DNA of 62,631 nt, counting the filler, from Nemertoderma westbladi (taxonomy: Eukaryota > Animalia > Xenacoelomorpha): NCBI GenBank assembly GCA_032718475.1. It is 3 parts of 3 records of this genome, joined end to end, with 100 filler letters (N's around TTAATTAATTAA, not from the genome) between each part and the next. Parts side by side here need not be neighbours in the genome. Positions count along the whole stretch, not along the records: positions 1 to 31,884 come from JAUCBJ010002458.1; 2 more parts are not named here. The stretch is one strand, 5' to 3'. Both the position numbers and the translations under genes were made by a program. Of the stretch, positions 1-12,950 are shown one piece after another. The notes under the pieces were generated by a model. The model made no database searches. It was not told the DNA's origin and was given only the letters and a program-made list of their open reading frames with translations. Numbering within the stretch: the first letter of the stretch is position 1; every line of letters starts with the position of its first letter.

Positions 1-3000
1 AGGAAATAATGTTTTACCTGGTAACAATAACCCTAATTTAAATGTGCAAAATAATCTAAATAATACAAATAATTCTGAGCAAAATAATTTAAATAATTTA
101 AATAATTTTGGTAACATCAATACGTTAAACAACCCTGAAGAAATTAACCAAAATAATATCATTAGTAATAGTGTAACAAATCAGGGCGAAATTAATAACG
201 GTGCAATTAATACAAACATAGGGGGAACAGGTGTGCCGGCCAACGAGAGCCTGCAAGGCCACGCAGTTGCACAGGGGGAAGAGGGGGTGAGTCAACCCAA
301 TGAGAGCCTGCAAGGCTACGCAGTTGCACAGGGGGAATAGGGGGTGAGTCAACCCAACGAGAGCCTGCAAGGCCACGCAGTTGCACAGGGAGAAGCGGGG
401 GTGAACAAATATAGCGAGGGTAGAGATAGTGCGTCGACTAGAGAGGGGCGTAGGGACGAAGTAAGAGGTGACGGATGGGGGGGGGGGGGGGGGGGGCGAG
501 AATGTCCAACAAACGTCGGCAGACAATACGCGCGGCGACTTAGGTAAACCGTGGCACCCGACGACAGAGAATAGTAGGGGGATTGCGAATATCCCCAGGA
601 CCGTCCAATCGGGCAGAGAGAGAGAGACGTTGGCGCCATGAGCGGGTGAGCGAGAAGATGTCGAGCCCAGTCGGAAGACGGAAGAAGAACAGTGGAATTT
701 ATCCAGGAGGTAGAAGAGAGAACTCACGATGAGGAACACCAAACCTCTCAGACCCAAATAAGTCGTGTGACACAGAGATAAGGAGGGGACCGTTACCCCC
801 GATGATATATCCTACACAAGGAAAGTCGACAGGCCCAACGGACGAACTGCAACCAACAGCAGGGGAGTCTGCACCACAACCATCGAGCGTGCTAGAAGTA
901 CAAGCGATAGGAATGGCAACACTCATCGACCCGCTAAAGACCAGGATCGAGCTAACACCAGTGGAGCCATTCAAATTCGATGGTAGTAAGCCGAAGGAAT
1001 ACCTGCAATTCCGGCATATGTACAGTAACGAACCTGACGCAGGCGCATTAAATACTTACAAGTTTACACAGGGGGGCCAGCATACGACATCGTAAGGCAG
1101 TACCAAAGTATCAAAGGTGGATTCACGACTGCATGGCGGGCCCTAGACAGGGAATTCGGACATCCTGCTAAGATCATCCGACAAACCTTAAGGGGAATAA
1201 CATCAGGCGGACTACAGGATAACCCTGTCAGCATCAAGACCTTCACGAATAAAGTCGAAAAGGCGCTAATTGTGCTAAAGACCCTAGATGCACCTTACGA
1301 ACTCAACACATCGAATAACATCACTACAATAGCGCAGGCACTACCGATCTGGCTGAGGAACAAGTTGAGAAAGATCGCCTTCTCCACCCGGGAGAAGAAA
1401 GGTGCAGAGCCAGGGCTAGAGGAGATGTCGAACTTCCTTAACTATGAGGCGGAATTGATTACAGACCCAGTCTACAGCGAGGATAGTTTGGGGAGGGTGC
1501 CGAAAGCTGAATACAACAGGCCTAAGCCCGAACATAATCTGGCGGATGCATTCCCGAGAGTGAGACAGTCGCTACCACATGCGGCCACACAGGGGACATG
1601 TAGTCCACTGCATGTAGTCCAGCTGGAAGTAGGGCCACACCGTGGCAGGGACAGAAACAAAATAACAACACGAACAAATATAATCCCAACACACCCAGTA
1701 GGCCAAGTCCAAATAATAAAAACACTAAACCGCTAGGTATGAATATACGCGCAAAACGCGAAGCGCTTTATAAAGAAGGCTACAATCCAAAATACAAATG
1801 CCAATTACACCCAAATGCATTCCACCAGACCATGAATTACAGGCATTGGCAGGTGTTGCCTAAACAAGATTGGGTAGCCTACGCGTGTATAAATGGAATT
1901 TGTCATCGATGCGTGGTAGGAGGACAGATTCGAAGAATGCCAGGAAACAACAATAAGAGATGACGAGGCTGATGAGACTGGAGGCTAAACCATGGCAATG
2001 AGCACGACGGGAGCAAGGATGAAGAGGACAGTACTACTCGGGGTAGTTACAGTGTGAATAACAGGAAAGGACGGGCTATTGGTCATAACACTAATGTTGG
2101 TCGATAGTGGAGTAGCATTCACGTTAATGGAGAGTTGGGTGGCCGAAAGGATAGGGATACAGATGACGCCAAGCAAGATGGCGGTAACTACTATCTCCAA
2201 TAAGGACGAGGTCATGAGAATGAGAATGGGTCATTGTGAGATATCAGTGATAACACCAGGGTGCGGCTATGGGGCTACCATCGAACCCATCCAAATAATA
2301 GAATCGATTAATATTAACACCAGGCGACCCATGAAAATCGAGATTGAGCAATACCGGTACCTGGACAACATCGATTTCTCCGATTCGTCCTGAAAGTATC
2401 TCTCATAGTCGGCATGGACTGCCCTACAGCCCACGAGAGACTACAGACCCGATGGCCATTCTCAGGCCATTTGGATGGATGCTTACTCGCCCAATTAAGA
2501 CGAGGACACCGTTTGGTTTGTCCGAGACATCAGGGTGCATGCTGCCCGGAACTGTTGAGGACATAGAGGAGAAACCAGAGATGGGCGATGGGAAGGTCCC
2601 ATATGGGAAGCAGCCCGAGGAAGGACACCAGGAGTCAAGGATGGGTATGGATCTGGAACCACACATAGTGGAGCTTGGTGAAAGGATAGAGGATAGTTCC
2701 AGAGAAATACCGCCGATAGATGAGTTAGGAGGGGAAGCAACAGCAAGAGAGTGGGCGGAGGAGAATGGGTTCGACGCAGAGGACCTAGAGGCAATGAGAT
2801 GGAACAAGGATATTCCTGGCAAGTATCGGTATGAGGATGGAGAAGAGTGGACGGCGAGATGTCCAGAGGAGACGCCGGTGCGGTTGAGAGGCATACCGAA
2901 AAGAGGGAGGTCAAATAAGAAGACAGGGTGGAAAGGGAGAGGACTTCTATTGTCTATTCTGCTTTATCTATTCTCTCGATTTCTTTTCATTCTACCGCCA

Positions 3001-3171
3001 GGTGACGACAAGATGAAGGGTGGGATTTTGCTGCCAGGGGACCATGAGGAAATCAAGAAGGCGACCGAAAGACCCAATTTTAGGGTGGAGGAGAAGGGAA
3101 GATCAATTCCAAGAGAGTTGGAATTGACAAGGAGAGTGGGGCGAAGGATAATGGATTATGTAAATAGGTAA
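1..3171 (+). mobile_element. Degraded BEL/Pao LTR retrotransposon derivative (gag and protease region, no RT/IN)
   Basis: Broken ORFs parallel the gag/protease of 16286-28601 (ELTPVEPFKFDGSKP, LDAPYELN, CQLH..H, CHRC, LVDSGVAFTL, PFGWML). About 125-940 is near-identical to 30886-31884, apart from an extra G-rich block in the latter. Confidence 0.85.
236..405 (+). repeat. 60-bp tandem repeat x3 in BEL gag (NESLQGHAVAQGEEGVSQP)
   Basis: caacgagagcctgcaaggccacgcagttgcacaggg recurs at a 60-bp period; the same array is at ~31003-31165. Confidence 0.9.
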
Positions 3172-3839
3172 AGGAGTAAGTAGATGAGTAAAGTGTGAGT
3201 ATGAGGTGAGGTGAGTATGTTGGCAATGAGTTGGGTCGTTGTAAATTCCTAAAACATAGATTGAGTGATTGGTTCGTTGATATTTTTAGTTATTAATAAA
3301 AGCGACTATTACCAGACTTACCATCCCATTGTTACCAATATGCATCTGAAAGTAAAGTAAAAAAGTAAATTTTCTTCGGCCACTAGGAGATGTGAATTCA
3401 ATGCAACCACTACACCAAGTTGGAACCTAGGAAATTTATCTTTCTACTAGCCTCATGATAGTGCCTTCTTATCGTATTGAAAATCCGTACTGCTTCTGTA
3501 CTGCTTGCTTGTGTACTGGTAAAGCACTGCATACTACAGTACTGGTATTTATACTTCTTACACTTATCAGCTAAAATAGGATACTGGGTCTGGGCGGGTC
3601 TGGGCAGTTAAGTGGGGGCACAGGTAGGATACCTGTAGAGAACAGTTTTTGTATTCTCAGCAACATGCAGACAGACACTATTTCAGACACTGGCATGGAT
3701 GATGTTCCCGCAGTCATAATAATTAATACATGCCTGTCCATTACCCTACAGGGCATTTCAAAAAGCATATACTCATTTGTTGAGAAATTCTCAAAGCTAA
3801 AAATACACTTTTATATAAAATTAGAGTAAAGTCAACTGT

Positions 3840-4528
3840 TAGATGCGATGAAACACTGGAGCGTTTGGCAGCTTCTGCTAACCTGAAGGATAATTCGGAT
3901 TTATTAGTGGAGCTAGACCTGAAGGGGCACTTCAAGTTATAGCTTTTGAGGCGCTAGAAGCATTATGAATCCATTAAGAATGAAACTTTTGTCTATTAAA
4001 GAGTATGATACAGATCTCTTTACGCATTTGAGCCTTCTTGATGATAAAATTAACAATTTTTCAAAATTTGTGAAAGAAAAATTTATTTCTATCGAACTTA
4101 AGATTTCCAAATATGATATAAATAGAACAGGAGCGATTCCAACAGTATCCAATCTGGCCATTCTACCCTTGTCGACCAAGTCAATCTTCTGGAACAGCTA
4201 ACCTGCCAAGGTCGTTTATTCCTAACAGAAGTGGTCATTGGCGGGAAAATATTGTATCTGGTAGCAGCACGACACAGAAATCAAATCATATTCCAAATCA
4301 AATTTGTGTTGTGTATATTGTCAAGGGAGTCATTATGCTACTTTATGTGATGTATTTACAAATGTAGAATCGCATAAAGTACATCTACGTAAAGAAGGCC
4401 GGTGCTTTAATTGTTTAAGAATGGACCACGATGCTACAAATTCTCTTTCTAAAAAATGCTGTTACTTTTGCAAGAAAACGTTACAATTACTTTTGTCAAG
4501 AACAAGTTTGAACATGCCATTGGCATAA
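3840..4528 (+). pseudogene. gag: Degraded BEL/Pao-type gag fragment with Cys/His knuckles
   Basis: CVYCQGSHYATLC...LRKEGRCFNCLRMDH...CYFCKK matches the BEL triple-knuckle pattern. Upstream boundary is approximate. Confidence 0.7.
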
Positions 4529-4571
4529 CAAATTAAAGTAAATTATGTATGAATGTTCATAAACGTTCAAA

Positions 4572-5489
4572 CTACGTAGATATTTAGGTACAAAAAAATG
4601 AATGCAAAACTGAAGGCAATTTGAAAGTTCAATATTCGTTTGTTTTGGTTCATATTCAATTTCGTTAAAGTTAGGACGTTAAATTACCTAATGTGAACGT
4701 CACAATTTGGTAACTTACTCACAATGTCCGGTAAGCAATGTGACAAAACATTGGCAACCCCAGGTATTCCCCGGTCATCCTTAGGATGTTAAATATAAGC
4801 CGTGCACAATTATTGTATGCAACACTGTTACAGTATATTGGTGTACATTATGCATGATAAATATTTCTAGCCAAAATGTTACCTCTAGAGTAAAGTTGAT
4901 TCATCTGACATATACTATCACGGTCATCATCAGTGGTGTGGATGAGCAGATAATGTGGCCCAAATAGATTAAGATTCAAATAAGAATAGTTGGATGCAAC
5001 AAGCATCAGTGAGATTTAATTTAATGTTACACCTATACTCGCTCTGTGGCAAATAAACTAATGTGATGTACTATTATATTATAAAACACCTATAGTCATC
5101 GTCTTGTTTGTATCTGCATCTGCTTTATGAAGGAAACAATTAATTGTTGCTTAATTTTATATTTATTATCTAATCATTATTTATCATATATTGTTATTTT
5201 TTAAGTGCATTGCTCGTCTGTTCATGTTATCTTTGTTAAACAAATGTTTGGGTTTGGCTGATGTATATGTATGGATGCATTTGATATACGTCATTGGTTT
5301 ACTTTTTTTTGTGGTTAATTATTGATTCTATGTTATGCTTTATAGATATTGATGAATGTGATACCGATACTGATAATTGCCACATTGATGCTAGCTGCAC
5401 AAATACTGTTGGTGGATTCAGCTGTGCTTGCAATTCTGGCTATGACGGAACTGGTGAATCATGCACTGGTAAGTACTTAAGTAACTATT
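4572..5489 (+). repeat. Intron+exon tandem unit, copy 1
   Basis: Sequence beginning ctacgtagatattt...aatgaatgcaaaactgaa recurs at 9620-10162 and at 11786-12048 plus 14034-14690. Confidence 0.9.
5346..5468 (+). CDS. Internal exon encoding a calcium-binding EGF-like domain (fibrillin/fibulin-type module) of a host gene
   Basis: tttatag acceptor, G|gtaagt donor, 123 bp, phase 1-1. DIDECDTDTDNCHIDASCTNTVGGFSCACNSGYDGTGESCT has six Cys and the cbEGF D-x-D-E-C and N-x4-F consensus. Confidence 0.92.
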
Positions 5490-5491
5490 CC

Positions 5492-6208
5492 TGTAAATAA
5501 TCACCAGGTTGTCGAGCGAACTTTCTAATTTATCTGTACATATTTTTGGGATCGAAACGTAATCTGCCCACCTTCTCGGGTGATCCCCTGGATTGGCGAC
5601 AGTTCTACGACCAGTTCGTTACTCTGGTCGACTTTGACAAATCGACTGTCTCCCCTGCGGCCAAGTTGGTTAACCTGAGGAACTGCCTACGGGGTCCTGC
5701 TCTCGCCGCCGTGCAGGGCATCAAGTGCGGCAATGGTGCCTACGCCACGGCCACCAAAGAATTTCTCACTCGGTTTGGTCAACCAAACGTTTTGATTGCT
5801 CTGTACAGCCAGAAGATCATCAACACCCCTGCAGTCACCAGTGATAACTCGGATCAACTCCGAATTCTGGTCGACACCTTCTCCGCCTCCGTCAGAGATA
5901 TGGAGTCTCTATTCGAGGACTTGGAGACAACTGGGACCAATGGGGAGCGAGCCCCACATGCCTTCCCAACAAAACTAGCTGGACACCTCTTGGCTCCACA
6001 GCTTATGTCAAAGCTTCCAAAGACGATTGTATTGGAATGAAATCGCCAGAACACCGAACGTACCGGTTGTCACAACCTCGAGGCATTGCACAACTTCCTC
6101 AAGACTGAGCTGGAGGGCCTCTAGGCCTACAGACGCTCTGGAGATCCGTCCAAGCATCCTGACCCTCGACCTCCATCTACCAACACTCAACAAAACCAGA
6201 AACCCTCA
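5492..6208 (+). mobile_element. Internally deleted duplicate of the adjacent BEL element (LTR start fused to a gag fragment)
   Basis: 5492-5567 matches 6260-6335 and 5564-6209 matches 7183-7828; the junction is at a CTGC microhomology. LPTFSGDPLDWRQFYDQF is a BEL gag (DUF1759-type) motif. Confidence 0.85.
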
Positions 6209-6259
6209 GAATCATGCACTGGTGAATCATGCACTGGTAAGTACTTAAGTAACTATTCC

Positions 6260-9068
6260 TGTAAATAATCACCAGGTTGTCGAGCAAACTTTCTAATTTA
6301 TCTGTACCTATTTTTGGGATCGAAATGTAATCTGCTGTCTTTGCAGCACTCTGTCCAACCTCCCTCTAGCGGGAAGGTTGGCAGGCCCTCTTAGGATCGA
6401 AACGTAATTAACTGGCCACTCAGCAGTCTCCTTGGCTACCCAATGAGGACGCTTCCTGGGGAGGTATTTAAAGAGCTGCTCGTCACTTTTTCTTCACTTC
6501 CAAGTTGACAAACTTTCCTAGTGCATACCCCTGCTTCAAAGTTTAATGATTTAATTGTTTCCTCTTCTATTTCCTTATTATTCATTGAATTATTATAAAT
6601 AAACTCAGTTATCGTTTTCACTCAAAATCAACTTTTTCCACCTTCACCTTAAGCAATCTCTTCTACCTCTACTTTGGGAGGCGACACATAGTTGCACTCC
6701 CTTCGGCAACTGGGATTCTAAAATCAAAGGACTCTGCATCTCTCAACGCCCAGTTCGAACACTTCGAACCGTATTCCTCTCTCAACCACACTAACTATGG
6801 AGAACTTCGCCGAGGCTACTCTACGGGGTCGCAAGAAGTCCACAAAGAAAGCCATCACTTCTCAGATCCATGAGTTAAACGCTCTGGATCCTGACACCCC
6901 CGAGCTCCAAGGTCGACTACAGCAGCGAAAGGCGACCCTGCTGGAAGTCTTCGAGCTTCTTCTACTGAAGTCTGAGGATGAAGAAGCCGCCGAACTACTG
7001 TCAGACAAAATGGAGTCAGAATGGGATCGAATCTTAGAGGCCGAACTCCATCTGGAACAGCTGCAGAACACTTCCCTGCCTATCAACCGGCACCTGCTTC
7101 TGACTGCGACTCTACTGTGTCGTCTGCTGCTGCTGCAGGCATTGAGGTCATCCTGTCTGCCTCAATGCTCCCTAAACTGTCGCTGCCCACCTTCTCGGGT
7201 GATCCCCTGGATTGGCGACAGTTCTACGACCAGTTCGTTGCTCTGGTCGACTTTGACAAATCGACTGTCTCCCCTGCGGCCAAGTTTGTTCACCTGAGGA
7301 ACTGCCTACGGGGTCCTGCTCTCACCGCCGTGCAGGGCATCAAGTGTGGCAATGGTGCCTATGCCGCGGCCACCAAAGAACTTCTCACTCGGTTTGGTCA
7401 ACCAAACGTTTTGATTGCTCTGTACAGCCAGTAGATCATCAACACCCCTGCAGTCACCAGTGATAACTCGGATCAACTCCGAATTCTGGTCGACACCTTC
7501 TCCGCCTCCGTCAGAGATATGGAGTCTCTATTCGAGGACATGGAGACGACTGGGACCAATGGGGAGCGAGCCCCACATGCCTTCTCCACAAAACTAGCTG
7601 GACACCTCTTGGCTCCACAACTTATGTCCAAGCTTCCAAAGACGATTGTATTGGAATGAAATTGCCAGAACACCGAACGTACCGGTTGTCACAACCTCGA
7701 GGCATTGCACAACTTCCTCAAGACTGAGCTGGAGGGCCTCTAGGCCTACAGACGCTCTGGAGATCCGTCCAAGCATCCTGACCCTCGACCTCCATCTACC
7801 AACACTCGACAATACCAGAAACCCTCAGTCACATTCTCTGCCAAAACTACGATGTCTCCTCAGATCAAAGACCTCCTTAGCGGTGAGCGGCTCGCAGCAG
7901 TGAGGGCACAATGACTCCGCATCAACTGCCTGACTGGTGGCCATATCGTGTCCATCTGTCCACAACCTCCCAGCTGCAGGGTGTGTCCTCTAAAACACCA
8001 TGTGTTGCTCCATATGTAACTCACTTCCCCCCTGGGGGACCGTATAGGGTCGACTCGTCCTCTACCTCTGGTGGGCATCGTTCAGCTCCCTCTTCTAATC
8101 CTCACTTGGATCCATCGGTTCCAGAGTTTAGACCTCCTGCCAGGACTACGGTGGCCTGTCGAAGGCCAGACGTGGCACACCTGCAGACTGCCATGGTGAA
8201 TCTGCTCCCCCCTGGGCCCACAAACCTTAGAACCACCAACTGGATCACTATCGACCTGATGGACCGTGACCCTTCAGCGGTTCACCCCACAGACTTTCTC
8301 CTCGGCGCCGACCTCCTCCCTCGCGTCCTCCTTCCTGGAATGATTACTGAGAGCGGGGTCTTGGCCCAGAATACAATGTTTGGGTGGACCCTCCTTGGCA
8401 GTCGCACATCTGCTACACCCAGTCTCTCCCGAGCCTTCTGTGTGTGTAACAGGAGCCTGGACATCCTCTGGGACTTGAAGACAATCGGGATGGACCACAA
8501 ATCAGATTATGACAGTTCGGACTCCTTCATCAAACCTCGTCTCATTTATGGACGGTTCGATGACCGCAGACAATCCTCCAACTACGGCGGAGTCCCCTCA
8601 CGCCGGCTGAGACCCCATCATCTTGAGGGACTCAAACAACTCGAGTCACTGGGGTACATTGAGAGACTGGTCTCTCCTCCCCCCAACGCGTACTTCCTTC
8701 CTCACCATGCCATGGTCCACAATGGAAAGACTTGGGTCGTCTTCAATGGGGCAAAGAAATGTCCTAATGGCCTCTCGATCAATGACGGTCTGAAGATGGG
8801 GCCAAATCTCCTACCATTACTCTTCAACGTGGCTATACATTTCAGAGTCTACCCTTGTGTGGCCGTCGGGGATATAGTGAAGGCCTTCCACCAAATCTCG
8901 ATCGCAGACCACGACCACGACTATCTCTGCATTCGGTGGCAAGACAAGGATGGAGAGGTATTGAGCCACTTCGTGCGCCTCCCCTTCTGCCTGAACTGCT
9001 CCCCGAGCGCTCTACAATCCACTCTATGGGTTCTGTACGGCCTACCCAAGGACTCTGCCCTTACTCTA
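6260..9068 (+). mobile_element. 3'-truncated BEL/Pao element: probable LTR ~6260-6688, degraded gag and partial RT
   Basis: TGT start, AATAAA near 6597, LTR-like block repeated at 10163-10570. Motifs LPKLSLPTFSGDP, YFLPHHAMV, GPNLLPLL, GDIVKAFHQI, RLPFCLNCSP. The LTR 3' edge is uncertain. Confidence 0.85.
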
Positions 9069-9133
9069 CCAGTCCCGGACACCCAAATTTTTCTACAAAT
9101 CTTAATGAGATAGCATGAAATTTGAAACAGAGA

Positions 9134-9622
9134 TAGTTTCACCTCCCTCCTCCTTGCTGGGTGAGCTAGAATTTTTATTATTGCTTTCATTCTTTAGCTA
9201 CAAGCGTTTGAAAAACGTGTCTCCAGTGATATTTCACAGCTCACAGTGCAATCATTCTTCAACCTCATTGTGATTTGATGGTACCAATAGAAAGCTACCC
9301 ACGCAAGGATTCCAAAAATGTAAAAATATTTGAATTTGGTTGGGAAATACTTGAGATATGGGCATTCGATTGTTGCATGTATTTGCTTCCCCTGCAGGCC
9401 ATTTATTCTATTTAATAAATGTACCATATTCTAGAACCCTTTGGAATCCTTGCGTGGGTAGCTTTCTATTGGTACCATCAAATCACAATAAGGTTGAAGA
9501 ATGATTGCACTGTGACCTGTGAAATATCACCGGAGACAACTTTTTCAAACGGTTGTAGCTAAAGAATGAAAACAAAAATAAAAATTCTAGCTCACCCAGC
9601 AAGGAGGAGGGAGGTGAAGCTA
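9134..9622. mobile_element. Foldback/MITE with ~180-bp inverted arms
   Basis: 9134-9315 (tagtttcacctccctcctccttgctgggtgagctagaa...) is the reverse complement of 9441-9622; non-coding. Confidence 0.85.
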
Positions 9623-10690
9623 CGTACATATTTATGTACAAAAAATGAACGCAAAACTGAACGCAATTTGAACGTGCAATATTCGTTTGTTTTGGTTCAT
9701 ATTCAATTTCGTTAAAGTTAGGATGTTAAATTACCCAATGTGAACGTCACAAATTGGTAAATTACTCACAACGTCCGGTAAGCAATGTGACAAAACATTG
9801 GCACTCCAAGGTTACGAAACGGTCGCGACATGCCAGTAGGTTCTTCCCTGGTCATCCTCGGGATGTTAAATAGAAGCCATGCACAATTATTGTACGTAAT
9901 GCTGATACAGTATATTGGTGTACAATATGCATGATGTCTTTCTAGCCAAAATGTTACCTCTAGAGTAAAGTTGATGCATCTGACGTATACTATCACGGTC
10001 ATCATCAGTGGTGTGGATGAGCAGATAATGTGGCCCAAATAGATTAAGATTCAAATAAGAATAGTTGGATGCAACAAGCATCAGTGAGATTTAATTTAAT
10101 GTTACACCTATACTCGCCCTGTGGCAATTATACTAATGTGATGTACTAATATGTTATAAAACAACTCCCTCTAGCGGGAAGGTTGGCAGGCCCTCTTAGG
10201 ATCGAAACTTAACTAACTGGCCACTCAGCAGTCTCCTTGGCTACCCAATCAGGACGCTTCCTGGAAAGGTATTTAAGGAGCTTTTTCTTTTCACTTTTTC
10301 TTCACTTCCAAGTCAACAACCCTTTCCTTGTGCAAACCCCTGCTTCAAAGTTTAATTATTTAATTGTTCCTCTTCTATTTACATATTATTATTGATTGAA
10401 TTATTAAAAATAAACTCAATTATCGCTTTCACTCAAAATCAACTTTTTCCACATTCACCTTAAGAAATCTCTTCTACAGTACCTCTACTTTGGGAGCCGA
10501 CACACAGTTGCACTCCCTTCGGCAACTGGGATTCTAAAATCGAAGGACTCTGCATCTCTCAACGCCCAGTTTGCCACAATTTCAACTCCTTCATTCTAAT
10601 TTAGTTTATAATAATGTAATTGACCAAAAGACTGGAAACCCAAAGAATGCATTGATATTCAATTCTTGTTTATTGATATTCCTGATATTC
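9620..10690 (+). repeat. Intron unit copy 2: EGF exon absent, LTR remnant at 10163-10570
   Basis: Upstream intron (9620-10162) and post-exon intron (atttcaactccttcattc, cf. 14684) flank a partial copy of the 6260 LTR plus leader. Confidence 0.85.
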
Positions 10691-10694
10691 GTCA

Positions 10695-11599
10695 GTCGAC
10701 ATTAGCACCATTACTATTTGTAATTGTGCTGGATTACGCAATGAGGACGACCACAAAGGGTGAAGATCTGGGATTCACACTTCAAGAATGCAGAAGTAGT
10801 ATATATCCAGCAACTACAGTCACAGACAACGACTTTGTGGATGACATCGCTCTGCTCTCTAATACGCTAGCAGATGCACAGCTTCTACTAAATAAAGTGG
10901 AGAGGGCTGCTAAGTAGGCTGGATTGCATATAAATGCTACCAAGACCGAATTCATGACCTTTAATGTTGATGGAAACTTACAACCATTGATAATAATCAA
11001 CTAGCTAAGGAAGGTCGATGACTTCCAGTACCTTGGATCATGGATAGAGAGTAGCAAAAAGGACATAGAAGTTAGGAAAGCAAAGGCTTGGGTAGCTCTA
11101 TCAAAAATGGATACCATCTGGAAATCAGATCTCTCCAGGCACCTGCAGACTAAGTTCTTTCGAGTCACAGTGGAAAGTGTATTTTTATACGGGGGTGAGA
11201 CCTGGACACTGACTAAATCGCTAGAACAACGAATTGATGGTTGCTACACAAGACTACTAAGGGCAGCCCTAAACATCTGCTGGAGACAACACATGATAAA
11301 CACTGAGCTTTATGGTACAATACCACCTGTATCAACCACCCTCCGTGAATGCAGATTAAGATTCAGTGGGCACTGCTGGCGAAGTAAAGACGAGGTCATA
11401 CCAGATCTACTTTTCTCGCAACCAACTCATGGAAAGCGTAGTCGTGGACGACCAGCCATAACATATATAGATCAACTTGAAAGGGATACTGAACTTGGGA
11501 GAAACGAAATTGCGACAACTATGGAGAATCAGGAAGCCTGGAAGGATCTCATTTCCACTGTGCGAGTTCGCTTGACCTAGTAGTAGTAGTAGTAGTAGT
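10695..11599 (+). mobile_element. 5'-truncated RTE-like LINE (RT C-terminal half) with (TAG)n tail
   Basis: TLAPLLFVIVLDY, DFVDDIALLS, FQYLGSWI, VESVFLYGGETWTL, RLRFSGHCWR; in-frame stops; ends in tagtagtagtag. Confidence 0.9.
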
Positions 11600-12546
11600 A
11601 AATATATTGTAATAATGTTATTACAATTTTTTGTGACATAGTGTATTATTGCTTTAGAAATCAGAGGAATCACCATTGTATAATCTTGATGTTATTTGTT
11701 GTTTAAAATGTTTAAAAATGTGTCAGCATTGTATTGGTTATCAGTGTTTTGTTGAGTGATTTTGTGATTACTTAAAGTTATTGAATAATGAACGCAAAAC
11801 TGAACGCAATTTGAACGTTCAATATTCGTTTGTTTTGGTTCATATTCAATTTCGTTAAAGTTAGGATGTTAAATTACCCAATGTGAACGTCACACATTGG
11901 TAAATTACTCACCACATCCGGTAAGCAATTGGCACCCCAAGGTTACGAAACGAAAGCGACATGCTAGTAGGTTCTTCCCTGGTCATCCTTGGGATGTTAA
12001 ATAGAAGCCATGAACAATTATTGTACGCAATGATGATACAGTATATTGTTTAGTAAGTGACAACGTGCCCTTGTCACCGCGTTAAGCATAATATACTAGG
12101 TTTAGATTCAGATTGGATACAAAATTTGTAACGACTTCTATACCTTCAGGAATAGGGATATTCGTGTAAAGGTTAACAATGTCCGTACTGAAAATAATAA
12201 CACCCGGTTGCATTGGTGGTAATTTTTTAACCCTGTTTATAAAGTCTATGGTGTTCCTTAAACGTTCTGGAACAAACTCAGCACCCTGTGTTAAAATTTG
12301 CGTAACGAGCCACGCCGGTTTCTCTAAAATAGAACCCGTGCAGGACGAAATTGGCCGCATTGGATTACCGATTTTGTGAATTTTTGGAATTCCATATAGT
12401 TCTGGAACTCGGGGTTTAAGATGTCCTTACCGTAGTTAACAACAATGGTTTGATCGACTTTGAATTTTATGTAAAGCCATCAAATGCGGGAGTGCTACTA
12501 AACTTCTATAGGAAACATCCCAAGCATATGATCATCATATACTGCA

Positions 12547-12950
12547 CTTTTGCAGTATCCGTCACACATTTTCTGAAAATTGCCCCAATTGAAATGAAAA
12601 TTGTTAAAATTGCTTGTATATAGTACGCCTTGATTATACACTATTCTAGATCATAAATAATACAAATAATATAATGTTCTAGAACATATAGCTAGTTATT
12701 TTTCAAATTTAAAATAGCTAGTAATACAAAAAAAATTATTTATTTATATTATTTATTTTTTAGAAAATTTATCTACCAAATTGGATATTTTTTTATATTT
12801 ACTAGCTATTTTAAAATTAAAAAAAAAGTTCTACAACATTGTATTTTTTATTTTATTTTATTTTATTTTTATTTTTTTATTTTTTATTTTTAATCCGGAT
12901 TAAAAAAATTAAAAATTTTTTCAGAAAATGTGTGACGGATACTGCAAAAG
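12547..12950. mobile_element. AT-rich MITE inserted in the Penelope ORF
   Basis: ~33-bp TIR cttttgcagtatccgtcacacattttctgaaaa and its reverse complement; no clear TSD. Confidence 0.85.

Noticed and set aside
5294-5500. Stand-alone secreted EGF peptide with a signal-like N-terminus (also 14458-14673)
   Set aside because: The hydrophobic leader is translated T-rich intron upstream of the AG acceptor.
12928-12950. Start codon of the GIY-YIG ORF (MCDGYCK)
   Set aside because: It comes from the MITE TIR; the true Penelope ORF begins upstream and is interrupted.
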